A DNA stretch of 64,000 bases, taken from positions 1,503,438 to 1,567,437 of the forward strand of contig OY970160.1 of NCBI GenBank assembly GCA_963706445.1, in the 5' to 3' direction. Shown piece by piece: positions 63,390-64,000 of the stretch. The notes under the pieces were generated by a model, which was not told the DNA's origin, ran no database searches, and was given only the letters and a program-made list of their open reading frames with translations. Each line of letters begins with the position of its first letter. The first letter of the stretch is position 1. The position numbers and the translations under genes are program-made. Source of the DNA: an uncultured Nitrososphaerales archaeon (lineage in GTDB: Archaea > Thermoproteota > Nitrososphaeria > Nitrososphaerales > Gagatemarchaeaceae).

Positions 63390-63448
63390 CTTTTGCCACT
63401 ATCTGATCTGGATGTGTCTTCACCGGGAATGCCTCGTCGATGCTTTTC

Positions 63449-63985
63449 CTATTTGCCCGACATTGACGGGATGGCCTTGCCACAACTTGTACAGAATCTT
63501 CCGGGCGTAGCAACTGGCGACCCGCAATTCGGGCAGAATCTGGCACTACCCGGCGTCAGCTGAGGCTTTGCCGGGAGGTCGATGCCGACCACCTTCCTGA
63601 ACTTGGTCCTGAAGACCCAGTCAAGATTTCGTAGATTATCATGATAGAGGCTGATGAATTTGATCTTGTTCTGGTGGTACTGGGCCATCTTCCACTTCAT
63701 GATTCTCTCGTATTCCTTGCTGGCCCCGAGGAGGCCCCAATACTCGACGTACACATTGTAGTCAGGCAGAAAGAAGTCAGGGTAGGCGAATGTCCGCTTG
63801 AAGATGATTGCGTTCGTCTGGGCCCTCCACTCGTAGACATAGCGGATCCCGCTCTTGGTGAAGTAGTCGGCGATTTGCTTCTCCCCTAGGCTCTTCACCT
63901 GTTCCCCGTGTAGCGTGGTTGAGGGGGTCCCGTACTCGTTCCGCTCCTGTTGGAAGAGCTTGGCCAGGTCGTCGAGGATGCCCAA
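63449..63985 (-). CDS. Hypothetical PD-(D/E)xK-like protein with C-terminal zinc ribbon
   Basis: ..YPDFFLPDYNVYVEYWG.. (D..ExW/K-type nuclease core context) and C-terminal CPNCG..CTSCG. Confidence 0.4.
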   Translation of the reverse strand: MGILDDLAKLFQQERNEYGTPSTTLHGEQVKSLGEKQIADYFTKSGIRYVYEWRAQTNAIIFKRTFAYPDFFLPDYNVYVEYWGLLGASKEYERIMKWKMAQYHQNKIKFISLYHDNLRNLDWVFRTKFRKVVGIDLPAKPQLTPGSARFCPNCGSPVATPGRFCTSCGKAIPSMSGK

Positions 63986-64000
63986 CTCGAAGCGTGGTTT

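Noticed and set aside
63253-63546. 97-aa minus-strand ORF
   Set aside because: It overlaps the tRNA-Phe-like sequence (63301-63389) in antisense and has no motifs. It is probably spurious.
1-64000. Scan for CRISPR arrays, rRNA genes and transposase/IS elements
   Set aside because: By eye I noticed no regularly spaced direct repeats, no rRNA-like conserved stretches and no transposase-like ORFs. The only recombinase seen is the tyrosine integrase at 19057..20217.

Overview
GC-rich, gene-dense window that looks archaeal: it has a pyruvoyl-dependent arginine decarboxylase (pdaD), a CCA-less tRNA that is too long unless it carries an intron, and AT-rich TATA-like promoter patches. The flanks are ordinary. 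They hold two paralogous Opp/Dpp-type peptide ABC transporter loci (1-4320 and 54715-61201), hydrolases and peptidases, hflX, a PiT/DUF47 phosphate transporter pair, an MntR-MntH manganese module, a molybdopterin oxidoreductase, a rhomboid protease and redoxins. The interesting part starts at tRNA-Phe(GAA) (18893-19000). A tyrosine integrase lies 56 nt downstream. An exact 16-nt copy of the tRNA 3' end recurs at 36495-36510, which bounds a ~17.5 kb integrated element. This element carries a class-2 DISARM-like locus: a divergent C5-cytosine methyltransferase, a DrmE-like ORF, a DrmA helicase, a DrmB DUF1998 protein and a DrmC PLD nuclease. It also carries a Vsr endonuclease, a PD-(D/E)xK-like orphan, a translationally coupled MazG-like/DUF2075 pair and an AbiE-like toxin-antitoxin pair. 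The DISARM helicase is recognisable only by stitching three reading frames together, with many frameshifts and an in-frame TAG. drmB and the drmE-like gene also show frame problems. The methyltransferase, drmC and vsr read as intact. More copies of the tRNA-Phe 3' end lie at 31646, 54476 and 63365. The last sits inside a full-length but mismatched tRNA-Phe-like sequence, which suggests serial integration at this tRNA. Smaller observations include an ~85-nt intergenic repeat pair, two gene stumps abutting tail to tail, a C2H2 zinc-finger mini-protein and convergent overlapping Opp genes. No rRNA or CRISPR array was seen. All calls rest on by-eye motif reading; no searches were run.
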